Source: Podarcis muralis (Eukaryota). From it: a DNA stretch of 64,000 nucleotides. The stretch lies in assembly GCF_964188315.1 (NCBI RefSeq), contig NC_135656.1:15004001-15068000 (forward strand), read 5' to 3'. Positions 49,701-63,394 of the stretch are shown piece after piece. The notes beneath the pieces are model-generated. The model did no database searches. It was not told where the DNA came from and saw only the letters and a program-made list of their open reading frames with translations. A program made the position numbers and the translations under genes. Positions within the stretch are counted from its first letter, which is position 1, and the number at the start of each line of letters is the position of its first letter.

Positions 49701-52373
49701 GTGCCACCCGTGTCCCTCTGTCCCACTGTATATAGAAATAAGAAACCAGTGGTATTTTAGGGAGCAGGCTAGCAGGCCATTACTTACATCAAAGGAGCCA
49801 ATACAACCCAAAACACTGTTGCTGTATGTAGGTTTTATTTTATTTGTTTTTTATCTTATACAGTGGTACTTTGGGTTAAGTACTTAATTCGTTCCAGAGG
49901 TCCGTTCTTAACCTGAAACTGTTCTTGACCTGAAGCACCACTTTAGCTAATGAGGCCTCCCGCTGCCACCACACGATTTCTGTTCTCATCCTGAAGCAAA
50001 GTTCTTAACCCGAGATACTATTTCTGGGTTAGCAGAGTCTGTAACCTGAAGCATATGTAACCTGAAGCGTATGTAACCCAAGGTACCACGGTATTTAGGA
50101 AATGTACATCCAGGTTTTTCCCTTCTAATTTTTTTGGGGGTCCCAAGAGAGTAGGACCCTAAGCTATAGCTTGTTTAGCTTATACGTAAATCTGGCACTG
50201 GTCATGGTTCCCAAACTGTGGTCCTCAACAGACCACCAGTGGTCTGTGAGCTTCATTTGGGTGATTTGCCGTGCCATAGAACACTTACCATAGAACTCAC
50301 ATTGCAAGCCAATAAAATCCAATAGAAGAAAAGGAAGAGGCAATGAAAATGCAATTAAAAAGCATACAGCATCTACAATTGCTACAGCAGGTACAGCAAA
50401 ATGGTCTGCTGTGACCCTCAGCGATTTTCAAGTGGTCCACACATGGGAAAATTTGGGAACCATAGGAGCCAACTCCTAGGGGCCAAGGTCCCTTTGGCCC
50501 CCAAAATAATATTTGAGATGGCTGGAACCTCCCCCCCCCAAGTTGATGGACACTGCCATTCAAATGGTGTGGGTGCACTGTGTCATGTGATCTGTTATGC
50601 CAGGTGGGGCTTACCTGCCCCCTCCCCTTTTATTCAAGTTGGCACCCCTGTTGGGAACCATTGGGTTGTTGTGCTTCTCAAACCCCTAGGTAGACAAAGC
50701 TCCCTTAGCAATTTTGTAGAAGAAGAAATTTCATCAAGGGTAGTTTTAAATTATTATAGTATCATATCATAGAATGTTTTGTTGTTTAGTCGTTTAGTCA
50801 TGTCCGACTCTTCGTGACCCCATGGACCAGAGCACGCCAGGCACTCCTGTCTTCCACTGCCTCCCTCAGTTTGGTCAAACTCATGCTGGTAGCTTCGAGA
50901 ACACAATCCAACCATCTCGTCCTCCGTCATCCCCTTCTCCTTATGCCCTCCATTTCCCCCAACATCAGGGTCTTTTCCAGGGAGTCTTCTCTTCTCATGA
51001 GGTGGCCAAAGTATTGGAGCCTCAGCTTCAGGATCTGTCCTTCCAGTGAGCACTCAGGGCTGATTTCCTTCAGAATGGATAGGTTTGATCTTCTTGCAGT
51101 CCATGGGAGTCTCAGGAGTCTCCTCCAGCATCATAATTCAAAAGCATCAATTCTTCGGCAATCAGCCTTCTTTATGGTCCAGCTCTCACTTCCATACATC
51201 ACCACTGGGAAAACCATAGCTTTAACTATACGGATCTTTGTCGGCAAGGTGATGTCTCTGCTTTTTAAGATGTACAAAAGGTAAAATACCTTACCTTTAT
51301 AATATAATATCATACAAAGGCAGCCATGCAGATCTATAAGAAGCTACAAACCCCATAGATGGGCAATATCTTTTATGAGGGTCAACCAAAATATGGCGAA
51401 TTATTGCAAAAGCTTTTGAGTTAAATATGCAGACTGAGCACATTCACATTTTCAAACGATTATTTAAAACATCCTTTAGCTATTTAAATCAAACTCACGA
51501 TGAGAAAAAATTCACATAAAATGTATAATATTTGATGTCTCACACTGTTCTGTAGGTCCTTTCCTAAAACCCAGACATTTCCCTCACCATTTCAACCCAT
51601 TTTCTCTATCTGACGGCATGTGTACAGCTGCTGTGTTCATTATTTGAAAATAATATGGGATATTGGATGCTGACGTTCTGTGTCAGGACTCAGCAGCATT
51701 AGATTTTTTCCAGTTTGGGGCAAAAACGCTCTTTTCAGCTGTGAGCATACTTTCAATCATCATATATATGTATATATATAGAAGTATTGCTCTTGGAGAA
51801 AAAACAGATTTATCTTCTGTAACATTTTGTCAGTAATTCTCATTCCAAATGGTTTTGCAACTTTCCAGCTCCACGAAATACGGTGGAGAAAATCAGCCTC
51901 TTTCATCTTTTCCCTACATCTCAAACATACATTACATTTGTGTCTGTACATTTCATTCAACCTTTGCCGGCTCGCAGTACCCACTGTGAGATTATCTTAC
52001 AGAAGCTTTCTTTAAATGCCACATTCAATGTATCCATTAATCCCGCTTTATAAATATATTTCCATATTTTTTTTTCCAATCTGAGAAACTGATTTTAATA
52101 TCTTTCCCCATTGCATCTTGAATTTATTACGCTTAGATTCCACTTCCATCAGTATTTCATAAATGCATGCCAACACACCTCTGCAACACATCTAAAATGG
52201 CCTAATATGCCTTTGCATCTCATCATTTAATATCTAACATAGTTCGGTAACGTAAATGTCAAATGTTTATGCGCATGTACTGAAAGTTTGGGGAACTCAT
52301 TCTGGACTTCTGCAAACCTTCCCCCATCCCCCCAAATATTGCATCTTTTATGCACATCTCAAACAGTTCCTAA

Positions 52374-52727
52374 GGGACGCGGGTGGCGCTGTGGGTAAAA
52401 GCCTCAGCGCCTAGGGCTTGCCGATCGAAAGGTCAGCGGTTCGGATCCCCGCGGCGGGGTGCGCTCCCGTTGTTCGGTCCCAGCGCCTGCCAACCTAGCA
52501 GTTCGAAAGCACCCCCGGGTGCAAGTAGATAAATAGGGACCGCTTACTAGCGGGAAGGTAAACGGTGTTTCCATGTGCGGCTCTGGCTTGCCAGAGCAGT
52601 GATGTCACGCTGGCCACGTGACCTGGAAGTGTCTCCGGACAGCGCTGGCCCCCGGCCTCTTGAGTGAGATGGGCGCACAACCCTAGAGTCTGTCAAGACT
52701 GGCCCGTACGGGCAGGGGTACCCTTTA
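52374..52727 (+). mobile_element. Sauria SINE, second subfamily (also 32342-32705, minus strand)
   Basis: Diagnostic 3' half (GTGACATCGCTGCTCTGG / CCCTAGAGTCTG); TSD CAAACAGTTCCTA. Confidence 0.85.
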
Positions 52728-55558
52728 CAAACAGTTCCTAGGGAGAAGCAGAGACAAGATTGCACCTGATTGCCTACCCACTGATGCTTGCCAAAGTGGA
52801 AGGTGGGGCGAATTTTTTTCCTTGGTGAGGTGCAGACAGAGGCATACCTAGGTCTAGGCTGGTGCCTGCCTAGGGTGCAGGCTCAGGGTGTGCCTCTTGC
52901 ACTCTGGCTTGGAGTGGCTAGGAGCCAACCCACCCTAACCCTAGGGTGCTCCTCTGGGCTGTCTNNNNNNNNNNNNNNNNNNNNNNNNNNNNNNNNNNNN
53001 NNNNNNNNNNNNNNNNNNNNNNNNNNNNNNNNNNNNNNNNNNNNNNNNNNNNNNNNNNNNNNNNNNNNNNNNNNNNNNNNNNNNNNNNNNNNNNNNNNNN
53101 NNNNNNNAGGGGTTACAGTGGTACCTTGGTTCTCGAACATAATCTGTTCTGGAAGTCCATTCGACTTCCAAAACATTCGAAAACCAAGGTACGGCTTCTG
53201 ATTGGCGCAGGCGCCCCGGAAACAATAGCCGACAGCCACATCAGACGTTCGGCTTCCAAAAAACGTTCAAAAACCAGAACACTTACTTCCGTGTTTTCAG
53301 TGTTCAGGAGCCGGAATTTTTGAGTACCAAGGCGTTTGAGAACCGAGGTTCCACTATACGGGTTACAAACGCTTCGGGTTACAAACTCCACTAACCTGGA
53401 AGTAGTACCTCGGGTTGAGAACTTTGCTTCAGGATGAGAACAGAAATCACATGGCGGTGGCTGCGGCAGCGGGAGGCCCCATTGGCGAAAGCGCTCCTCA
53501 GGTTAAGAACGGTTTTGGGTTAAGAATGGACCTCTGGAATGAATTAAGTTCATAACCCAAGGTACCACTGTATTAGTGATGAGGCGATAACTATCTAACA
53601 CCATACCCGTCAACATTTCTCCGAAGAAAATAAGGACGTCCTATTCCATCATCACCATTGACTGAATAGACTCGAAATTAGTTGTGGAAGGCAAACCATG
53701 TTAAACCAAAATTGAGCTACCAGCTCTGGCCATTGTCTGTTAGAATCTTGCCGGCAAAATATATTTACATTTAGCTTTGTAATTTATTTGCATAAGGATT
53801 CCAGCATATTTCTAGGAACTCATGTTTATAACCAATTAAAATCCATCACAGTGCTAAGGTGAACGTTCCGATTGCTCCTTGTGAAATGGAATTCTCCCCT
53901 TTTCCTGCTGCCCTAAATCTGTTCTCCCTCAACCCTGTGGAGCAGATCTGGGGGGTGGCAAGGGGCACTCACTGCGGGAGAAAAGGGGGAAAGCCCTGTT
54001 GCACCAGCAGTAATCCTTGCACCTGCAACTCGAAGCACATCAGCCCCCCTAAAGATGATCAGCAAAGGAAACCGGTGGTCCTTCTGTTTATGTTATAATC
54101 CCTGCCCCAGTGGGTTGCTAATGTGCAAATTCAAACCTTGATTAGGTGACCAAATAAGCAGCACACAACCTTATAATCAGCTCCCCATTCCAATTTAGGT
54201 CACCTCCAGACCGTCCGTATTTAGTGGGCGGGATTCAATCACACACCAGAAATTTAGATTAAATTAAATTAAAGCGGGTCAAAGCACTCGGTCACGACAA
54301 ATCCACTTTTTTAAAAAGTGTGTGTGGGGGGGGGGGGTGTAGTTAGGAAAGGGCTACTGTAGACAACCTAGTTATTCAACATTCGTTCTGATTTGCTAGC
54401 ACAAAGCTGACTATAAAAGTTAGACTATAACCCCATCTACATTTTACATGTAAAGCAGTATCCTGCCAATTAAACAGTCATTGCTTGCCCTAAAGAATTC
54501 TGGGAAGTGTAGCTTGTTAAGGGCTCTGAGAGTTCCCAGAACTGTATCAATCAATTAATTAATTATCAATTAATCCTTCTTCCCAGGGAACACTGGCAGC
54601 TGTAGCACTGTGAGGGGACATTATAGTGATGTTCTTGCCAGTTGCTGGTCCCTCAGCCTTCTTGATGAACATTCATATCCCCAAAGGGGCTGTTTTAGGA
54701 TTTGAAATGGGAAGGACCTGTTCAGAATTACGGCTATCTTTGATGTGGTATTTCCCTGGGCAAGAAAGTGATGCCCAGATTACCCCCTTTTCACCAGTCT
54801 GTCCTCCTTAATAACATGGAACATTTCTTGTAAGAAACAGGTCCTCACTTGGTTAGGCCTAGGACACCCAACTGGATAGGAAAGCAAAAGTAGCCACAAG
54901 AACTAGTTAAAGGCAGAGGTGTGGTGGTCTGGGGTCACAGGGGGTTGAAGACCCATTACTGTAACAGGGTCCCCGTCTCCAGCATCCTAGAGCCCACATC
55001 ATCATCATCATCATCATTTATACCCCGCCCATCTGGCTGGGTTTCCTCAGCTGCTCTGGGCGGCTTCCAACAAAGATTAAAAATACATTAAAACACCAGT
55101 CATTAAAAACTTCCCTAAAGAGGGCTGCCTTCAGACGTCTTCTATATGTCAGGTAGTTGTTTATCTCTATGACATCGGATGGGAGGGTGTTCCACAGGGC
55201 GGGTGCCACTACAGAGAAGGCCCTCTGCCTGGTTCAGCATGAAAGGGAACCTTTTCATCACTGAGCAGTCTTCTCACTCTTTGTGCTGAATGGACTCAAT
55301 CAAAGTGGGCAGGAAACTGAGGATTGGCTCCTAGGGTCACTCTGGAGAAGGCACTTTTGGAGTAGATGTGCAGAGTTGCCCCTTTAGCATTAAAAAACAA
55401 ACAAAACCCAAGTTATGTAATTTCTTCCTGTTGTTGTTCTCTGGGTCTGAGGGTGACAGGCTGCACAACTGAAATGTTGGATAGTTGCCTCCATAGGTAG
55501 TCCAACTTGGTGATGGTGATTATTGATTATTGACAGTGATATGGAGAAGGGCCATAGC

Positions 55559-56058
55559 CATAGCCGTCAACCGTCCCTTATTTGGTGGGAAAGTCCCTTA
55601 TCCCAGCGCCGTGTCCCGCTGCTGTCCCTTATTGATGATGTCTCTTAAATTTCCCGGGTTTCAAAAGAAGCAGCTCCTCTTCCTCCCTCCCTGCTGGCCA
55701 GGGAGGAGGGAGGCTCAAACTGTGTTGCTTGACTGTGTTGCTCACCCAATAAGGAGTCTAAGAACGACTGGGGGGGTGGAGCTTGCATGCTTTGTGCCGA
55801 TCAAATTGGCTGTGTTGCCTGGGGACTTGCCTTTGCTCAGCGCTTCCCAGCAGAGAGGTGACGGTGGTTTTCCTTGCTGCATCCCCTTTGCCGGGTTGCT
55901 GCGCTGTGGGAACCACCACTTGAGGCTTCATTTGGCTGCTGGCTGGGCTTTCTGCCTTTGGCGTGGAGGGGCTCAGAAGTTGAACATACCTGTGCTTGGA
56001 AAATCCCTTATTTTGGCTGCTGATCCCTTATTTTCAAATCTGTAAGTTGACAACTATG
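55559..56058. mobile_element. hAT MITE with CATAGCYGTCAAC TIR, inserted in a tRNA-derived SINE head; second copy 33774-34162 with left end at 33235-33300
   Basis: Exact 8-bp TSD GCCATAGC (55551-55558, 56059-56066); internal sequence matches 33774-34162 in reverse. Confidence 0.85.
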
Positions 56059-56409
56059 GCCATAGCTCAGTGGTAGAGCATCTGTGTTGGATGCAGAAGG
56101 TGCTAAGTCTGGCTTAGAGAGAGATAGTCCCTGCCATAAATCGTGGAGAGCTGCCATGTTTGTCATTGCATGCAACACTGAGCCAGGTGAGCCAAAGGTA
56201 TGACTCACTAGAAAGCAACTTCTAACGCTTCCACGGAGCAGGTCCTCTTCTGTTAGCTGCTTAGGTTCTGGTGTCGAATAACCTTGTTCTGTAAAAACTT
56301 TGCAGCCCTGGAATGTCATCTCTCAGTTTCACATCCTGGCTCATTAAGCCCTGTGTGTTTGCGTTTCTCACACTGCGGGTTTGTAAATTGACTTTGTCAC
56401 GTTGCATGG

Positions 56410-56780
56410 AGAGGTGACATTCCTTCTACATCCTGTCTCTGCGCAAGGACTGAGGCTGCACTGTACACCATAGTCTTGCACACCACCTCAATCTCTGAGT
56501 GGTGCAAGATTCCAGGGGTTCCTGGCACTTACCCGAAGTTTGTAAGGTCCCGACCTTGAAGGACCAGGTGCACAGCCTGGGAGTCATTTTGGACTCCCAG
56601 CTGTCCATGGAGGCACAGGTCAAATCTATGTCCAGGGCAGCTGTCTACCAGCTCCATCTGGTACGCAGACCAAGACCCTACCTGCCCGCAGACTGTCTCG
56701 CCAGAGTGGTGCATGCTCTGGTTATCTCCCGCTTGGACTACTGCAACGCGCTCTACGTGGGGCTACCTTTGAAGGTGACC
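56410..56780 (+). mobile_element. L2-clade LINE fragment (others ~880-1320, 25250-25545, 55018-55235)
   Basis: SLGVILDSQLS...HALVISRLDYCNALY and RAFSVVAPTLWNALP motifs. Confidence 0.82.
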
Positions 56781-56914
56781 ACTCATTTTTTAAAAATATT
56801 TTATTTTAATTTTTTAACAGTGTTTTTATACATTCATATCATTTTCAATTGTTACACGCCTGGGATTACTTAGAACCCTTGGACTCCCCCCCCCCCCCCC
56901 GGTTTCTAATTTTT

Positions 56915-56958
<44 letters not shown>

Positions 56959-59922
56959 ATCTAATTACATTTTTCTGTGGGACACGGGTGGCGCTGTCGT
57001 CTAAACCACTGAGCCTTGGGCTTGCCGATCAAAAGGTCGCGTTTGAATCCCCACAATGGGGTGAGCTCCCATTGCTCGGTCCCTGCTCCTGCCAACCTAG
57101 CAGTTTGAAAGCACGCCAGTGCAAGTAGATGAATAGGTACCACTCCGGCGGGAAGGTAAACGGCATTTCCGTGCGCTGCTCTGGTGTCGGTGTTCTGTTG
57201 CGCCAGAAGCGGCTTAGTCATGACCCGGAAAAACTGTCTGCGGAGTGGACAAACTGCCTGATATACGTTTTTAAAATGCTGTAGGTGGAAGTGAGACAAC
57301 CTTGATAGTCAATGTGCATCCCAACTCTGTGCTGGAGTAATTAAATAAGCTGCTAGATCGTTTGCATATGGAGGATGCAAAACTCAGAATGGCTTTTTGT
57401 TACCCTAAGGAAGGGTGGTAAGGGGGAGAGAGGCTTATGTCAGCAGGTATTTGCTCTCACATCTTAAACTGTTCTTACTGAGATTGTTTAAGCCTGCTGC
57501 TCTCCAGTAGGTTTCCTGCTGTATAAATCAGCTAAGCCCTTTGTGGGGTGAGAGGTGTTCCCAATATATGGGAATGGCTAATTCTGCACAACAAAGTTAC
57601 AAACTGTATCGGTGCAACAATATCTCATACAAATGAGCTGGTGTGGTAGCTGAGCTGCTAAGATGGGGGATATAGAGGGCATATTAGTCGACATCATGGG
57701 TAGGAAAACTAAGGCCCGGGGACCGGATCCAGCCCAATTGCCTTCTAAATCCAGCCCGCAGATGGTCCGGGAATCAGCGTTGTTTTTACATGAGTAGAAT
57801 GTGTCCTTTTATTTCAAATGCATCTCTGGGTTATTTGTGGGGCCTGCCTGGTGTTTTGACATGAGTAGAATGAGTGCTTTTGTTTAAAATGCATCTCTGG
57901 GTTATTTGTGGGGCATAGGAATTTGTTCACCCCCCCAAAAAAAAATATAGTCCGGCCCCCCCAAGGTCTGAGGGACAGTGGACCGGCCCCCTGCTGAAAA
58001 GGTTTGCTGACCCCTGGTCTACACCAAAGATGGAGTAATTGTGGACCTTCAGATGTTAGATTCCTAACCCACATCAGCCCAGCATGGCCTGCAGTCAACA
58101 ATTTTTGGAATTGGGTTAACCATTCCTTCTTTGCAAGGTTGTTTGCGTTCCTAAGCAAGCACTAAAGGTATTTCAGCTAGGTGGCCCAACTTTGGTCAAA
58201 GTTGGATTTGTTCTGTATCTCCCATTGCATCCACAAATGAATTTGTGGAATAAATTCAATGTGTAAAACACGCGGAGTTTCAACAATAGTGGCCACCCAC
58301 CCAACTTTACTATCTAACCATCAAGTTAGGAAGAAGGGCTCTCTTTGTTCAACTCTTGCCAACATTACAGATCTCGACAGCAAAGAATTAGAGGTCAGAT
58401 GGAAGAGAAAAATATGGGCTATAACGATAATAAACAAAATGAACTATGAACAACACGGTGAGATATAAGCCACTTGGAGATGGCAGGAGACATTCCATAG
58501 AGGTATTTAGAAAAAGTAAAAGGTAAAGGACCCCTGGACGGTGAAGTCCAGTCAAAGGCGACTATGGGGTTGCAGCACTCATCTTGCTTTCAGGTCGAGG
58601 GAGCTGGCGTTTGTCCACAGACAGCTTTCTGGGTCATGTGGCCAGCGTGACTAAACCACTTCTGGTGCAATTCAACACTGTGACGGAAACCAGAGCGCAC
58701 AGAAGCGCTGTTTACCTTCCTGACACAGCGGTACCTATTTATCTAGATAGATAGATAATTTATTACGGTCAAAGACCAGCTCACATAACATAACACAGTA
58801 AAAACAGCGTTCATAAAGTTAAAATATACAATCGGAGCAGATTGCAGCAATAGCTCATGAGTTAAAATTGAGATATATACATACACCCGTACAACTGAGA
58901 TTTGGGCTACCATAAAAAATTGACCCTGAGGCGCCCCGAAGGACAACTTCAGCATTTCCCTGGTAAGTTATTTTATTCTAGAGGATGATCTGTGCCTACA
59001 AATCTGGGTGCAGAATCTGGCTACCAGCCATCTTGTCTTATGATCTTTGCCTAAGAGGAGAGAATTAAGTTTGTTGTGTTGTTGTTTAGTCGTTTAGTCA
59101 TGTCCGACTCTTCGTGACCCCATGGACCAGAGCACGCCAGGCACTCTTGTCTTAAACTGCCTCCCACAGTTTGGTCAAACTCATGCTGGTAGCTTCGAGA
59201 ACACTATCCAACCATCTCGTCCTCTGTCATCCCCTTCTCCTTGTGCCCTCCATCTTTCCCAACATCTTTTCCAGACCTCTCATGAGGTGGCCAAAGTATT
59301 GGAGCCTCAGCTTCAGGATCTGTCCTTCCAGTGAGCACTCAGGGCTGATTTCCTTCAGAATGGATAGGTTTGATCTTCTTGCAGTCCATGGGACTCTCAA
59401 GAGTCTCCTCCAGCACCATAATTCAAAAGCATCAATTCTTTGGCGATCAGCCTTCTTTATGGTCCAGCTCTCACTTCCATACCTTAGAGGTATTTATATC
59501 AAGCTAGGCACACAGGGGTCTCCTAACAACTCTTAGCACCTTTAGCAAAACTACAGTTCCCAGAATTCTTGGGGGGCCATGACTGTTTAAAGTGGTATGA
59601 TAACTGCTTTAAATATATAGTGCATTGCTTTGAGTAAACTCAAAGCAAAAATTTGCAGAAAAATGGGATGGTTATAGAAGATATGTTCAAAAATACAATA
59701 ATAGTTTTGACTCCGTGCTAGCATTCAAGTGATAAAGGAACTAAAAGGAGGTGGACAACAATTAAGGATTTATTATGTTTTCAGAATGTATTGAAAAAAT
59801 TATATAGAAAGGTTTATTGTTTTGTGTACATTTGATATGTACATATTGATGTATGTAATTTTTATTTCTTAATTATATTTAGTGGTAGTATGGTTGTATT
59901 GTTTTTTGTAGAATAAAATCAT

Positions 59923-59969
<47 letters not shown>

Positions 59970-60645
59970 CAGATGTGACCTGCAGGAACACAAGATGGCC
60001 TCTTCGGCTGACCTGAGTAGACAGGCAGACTCCTCTGTGAAAGAGGTAGCAGCCACGGGTGTCTATTTTTTTGCCATGGGGCAGGGCAGGGAGACTGCCT
60101 CTCTCCCCTCTCACACTGTGCTAATCTCTAGCAAGGGCAGGCTGCCTTGCCAGTAGCAGGTACATTCTCTGCAGCCATAAAACCTCTTCTTTATGACGCA
60201 GCCCACCAGCCATTCAATGACATGACTGTAATGGCTCTTTTATCAAAACTGGAGACGTGTGTGACCTTCAATTTTTCTTTCTTTTCCTTTTTTTTAAAAA
60301 AACCTTTTTCGAACAGGCGCTGTATCTGTTGTGCTGTCTTCAGTATCGCCAAGCATTTATTTCTGGTGCGTTGAAAGCGCCAGGGATGGGGCCCCGGAGT
60401 GTGTCAGATGGAAAATGAATCAAAAAGCAGAGCATTCTTCACAATGGCGGCTATTTTGACAAGTGTGAGAAAGACAATGTTTGCTTCGTGATTGCTCTGT
60501 GCAGCCCTTAATGTTTCCATGGTTCTATATTCCTGTATACTAGCACAGCGATATTTTATGAGACAGCAGCATATAAATCCTTTTATAATTATAAGAAAAA
60601 CATATATGCTGAGGTGAGATTTGGAGACTTCCTGGTTCTCATCAA

Positions 60646-60737
<92 letters not shown>

Positions 60738-61146
60738 GATGCTCACACACAGACCTATCTGTTTAGGCGAGTCTCTCAGCAATCCACCCTGCTGTTTCCT
60801 CTCCAGGAAAAGCTTTCTTTTCTTTATTCCGCAAAAAATTATATCTGCAATAAAACCTCCCTGTGGTTTACAAGGAGAATGAATCATTTAAATTATCAAT
60901 AAGCGGCAGCTGAAGACAGGGTGTTTAAAACATTAGAAGCGGAACTGAAATCGATAGTCAGCTAAAACGAAATTAAAACCCGTGTGAACTTTTTGGCACG
61001 TCTGGATTGGCTTTTGCCTAAACGGAAGGATTTGAAGGAGGTGCCGAGTTCAGATAGTGCCTACTGGCTGTCAATAGGCAGGGAGTTTCCAAGTAGGAAC
61101 TGCCACCCTAATAGTTTGATTCCTTACGAGTACAGAATGATTATTA

Positions 61147-62004
61147 CCGTATTTTTCGCCCCATAGGACGCACCGGCCCATAGGACGCACCTAGTTTTGG
61201 GGGGGGGGAATAAAGGGGGGAAATTTTTATTTCCCCCCCAGGTGCGCTGTGCTAAGCCCGAAGCTTGGGGCGTGCGGAGCTCAGCGCGCCCCAAGCTTCT
61301 GGGTGCCGGCAAGGTCTCCGCTAGCCATGGGAGAGCCGCGCGGCTCTCCCAGGGCTAGCGGAGCACTGCGCTAATCCCGAAGCTTGGGGCATGCGGAGCT
61401 CAGCGCACCCCAAGCATCTGGGTGCCGGCAAGGTCTCCGCTAGCCATGGGAGAGCCGCGCGGCTCTCCCAGGGCTAGCGGAGCACTGCGCTAATCCCGAA
61501 GCTTGGGGCATGCGGAGCTCAGCGCGCCCCAAGCTTCTGGGTGCCGGCAAGGTCTCTGCTAGCCGTGGGAGAGCCGCGCGGCTCTCCCAGGGCTAGCGGA
61601 GCACTGCGCTAATCCCGAAGCTTGGGGCATGCGGAGCTCAGCGCGCCCCAAGCTTCTGGGTGCTAGCAAGGTCTCCGCTAGCTGTGGGAGAGCCACGTGA
61701 CTTCGCGCGGCTCTCCCACAGCTAGCGGACCACTGCGCTAATCCCGAAGCTTGGGGCCTGCGGAGCTCAGCGTGCCCCAAGCTTCTGGGTGCAGGCAAGC
61801 TCTCCGCTAGCCCTGGGAGAGCTGGGTCTCCCATGGCTAGCGGATAGCTTCCTGAAGCCTGGAGAGCGAGAGGGGTCGGTGCGCACCGACCCCTCTCGCT
61901 CTCCAGGCTTCAGCGAAAGCCTGCATTCACCCCATAGGACGCGCACACATTTCCCCTTCATTTTTGGAGGGGAAAAAGTGCGTCTTATAGGGCGAAAAAT
62001 ACGG
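61147..62004. mobile_element. Tc1/mariner (Tc2/pogo-like) MITE with internal 119-bp palindromic tandem array
   Basis: TIRs CCGTATTTTTCGCCC/GGGCGAAAAATACGG, TA on both sides; about 4.5 units of 119 bp at ~61250-61845. Confidence 0.85.
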
Positions 62005-62137
62005 TATATATGTTGTGTTGCCTCTCCCCGTGTTTCCAAAGGAGGAGCCAGCAGCCCACAAATTTCCCAACATCTCCATCCCTTCAGGACTGTGGGCGGT
62101 GCCATACAGAGAGGTGGAAAAATAAAGGCTGCTGTGA

Positions 62138-62143
62138 TATAAA
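62138..62143 (+). promoter_or_regulatory. TATA box of the aquaporin gene
   Basis: TATAAA 137 nt upstream of the ATG. Confidence 0.6.
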
Positions 62144-62274
62144 GCTGAAGTTTCCTGGTCCAGCCCAGTATGTTGTAAACACTCGCTTGTTTCCTTAGTG
62201 CTTGAGCATCAGGGAAGGAATCAAGAGGCGAGGCAGAATCCACACACAGAGCTGTCTTCCAACCTCTTTTCAGG

Positions 62275-62634
62275 ATGTGGAGGGAACTGCGGATGGTGGC
62301 TTTCTACCGGGCTGTCTTTGCAGAAATCCTGGCCACAGCCATCTTTGTCTTCTTCGGCCTGGGCTCGGAGTTGAATTGGCCAGAGAAGCCCTCTGTCCTG
62401 CAGACTGCCATCACCTTCAACTTGGCCGCAGCCACCGCTGTCCAGATCGCCTGGCATGCCAGCGGATCCCACCTCAACCCAGCAGTGACCTTGGCCTTCC
62501 TGCTTGGCTCTCGCATATCGTTGGCGAGGGCAGCCTGCTATATACTTGCCCAGATGGTCGGAGGCATTGTCGGAGCAGCCGTCCTTTACGAGGTGACTCC
62601 TGAGGACATACGAGGAACTTTAGGCACCAGTACG
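62275..62634 (+). CDS. AQP6: Aquaporin, AQP6-like, exon 1 (120 codons)
   Basis: MIP-family TM1-3 with first NPA (62476-62484); PSVLQTAITFNL carries the AQP6-diagnostic Asn; 360-nt coding exon ending ACG|GTACGT. Aquaporin identity is near certain, AQP6 orthology less so. Confidence 0.8.
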
Positions 62635-63394
62635 GTACGTCTGTCTCCTTTTCTGTCTTCTGAATGTTTGCCGTCGTCAGGAAAGGCGAGGATGAGGCAA
62701 GGCCTGTCTAAAACAGCCAGTCTGTACCTGGGATGTTTCTGTTACTTAAAAAAAATAATAATATTTCATTAGAAGAATGTCATTCATAAAAAGAGAAGAA
62801 AGGTGAGAAAAGGAAGGAAGAAAAAGAAAGAATATAGTTACATCACCATACCTTAATATACAGATGTGTGTATTTATGGTCCAGCTCTCACTTCCATACA
62901 TCACTACTGGGAAAACCAAAGCTTTAGCTATACGGACCTTTGTTGGCAAGGTGATGTCTCTGCTTTTTAAGATGCTGTCTAGGTTTGTCATTGCTTTTCT
63001 CCCAAGAAGCAGGCGTCTTTTCATTTCATGGCTGCTGTCACCATCTGCAGTGATCATGGAGCCCAAGAAAGTAAAATCTCTCACTGCCTCCATTTCTTCC
63101 CCTTCTATTTGCCAGGAGGTGATGGGACCAGCGGCCATGATCTTCGTTTTTTTGATGTTGAGCTTCAAACCATATTTTGCACTCTCCTCTTTCACCCTCA
63201 TTAAACCCTCATTAAAGGGTTCTTTAATTCCTCCTCACTTTCTGCCATCAATGTTGTCTCATCTGCATATCTGAGGTTGTTGATATTTCTTCTGGCAATC
63301 TTAATTCCATAAATCTAAGAGATTGGCAGCTTTGGTGATGGTATACCGTGGCCCCACGAAAGCTCTTTCACTATTTCCTCCTCCTCCTCCCCAG

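Noticed and set aside
56059-56110. tRNA-like sequences here and at 26200-26270
   Set aside because: Degenerate SINE heads lacking an intact cloverleaf, joined to LINE-like tails or split by a MITE.
61250-61845. Repeat array with palindromes resembling a CRISPR array
   Set aside because: Units are whole 119-bp near-identical repeats with no unique spacers, inside a TA-flanked MITE in a vertebrate genome.
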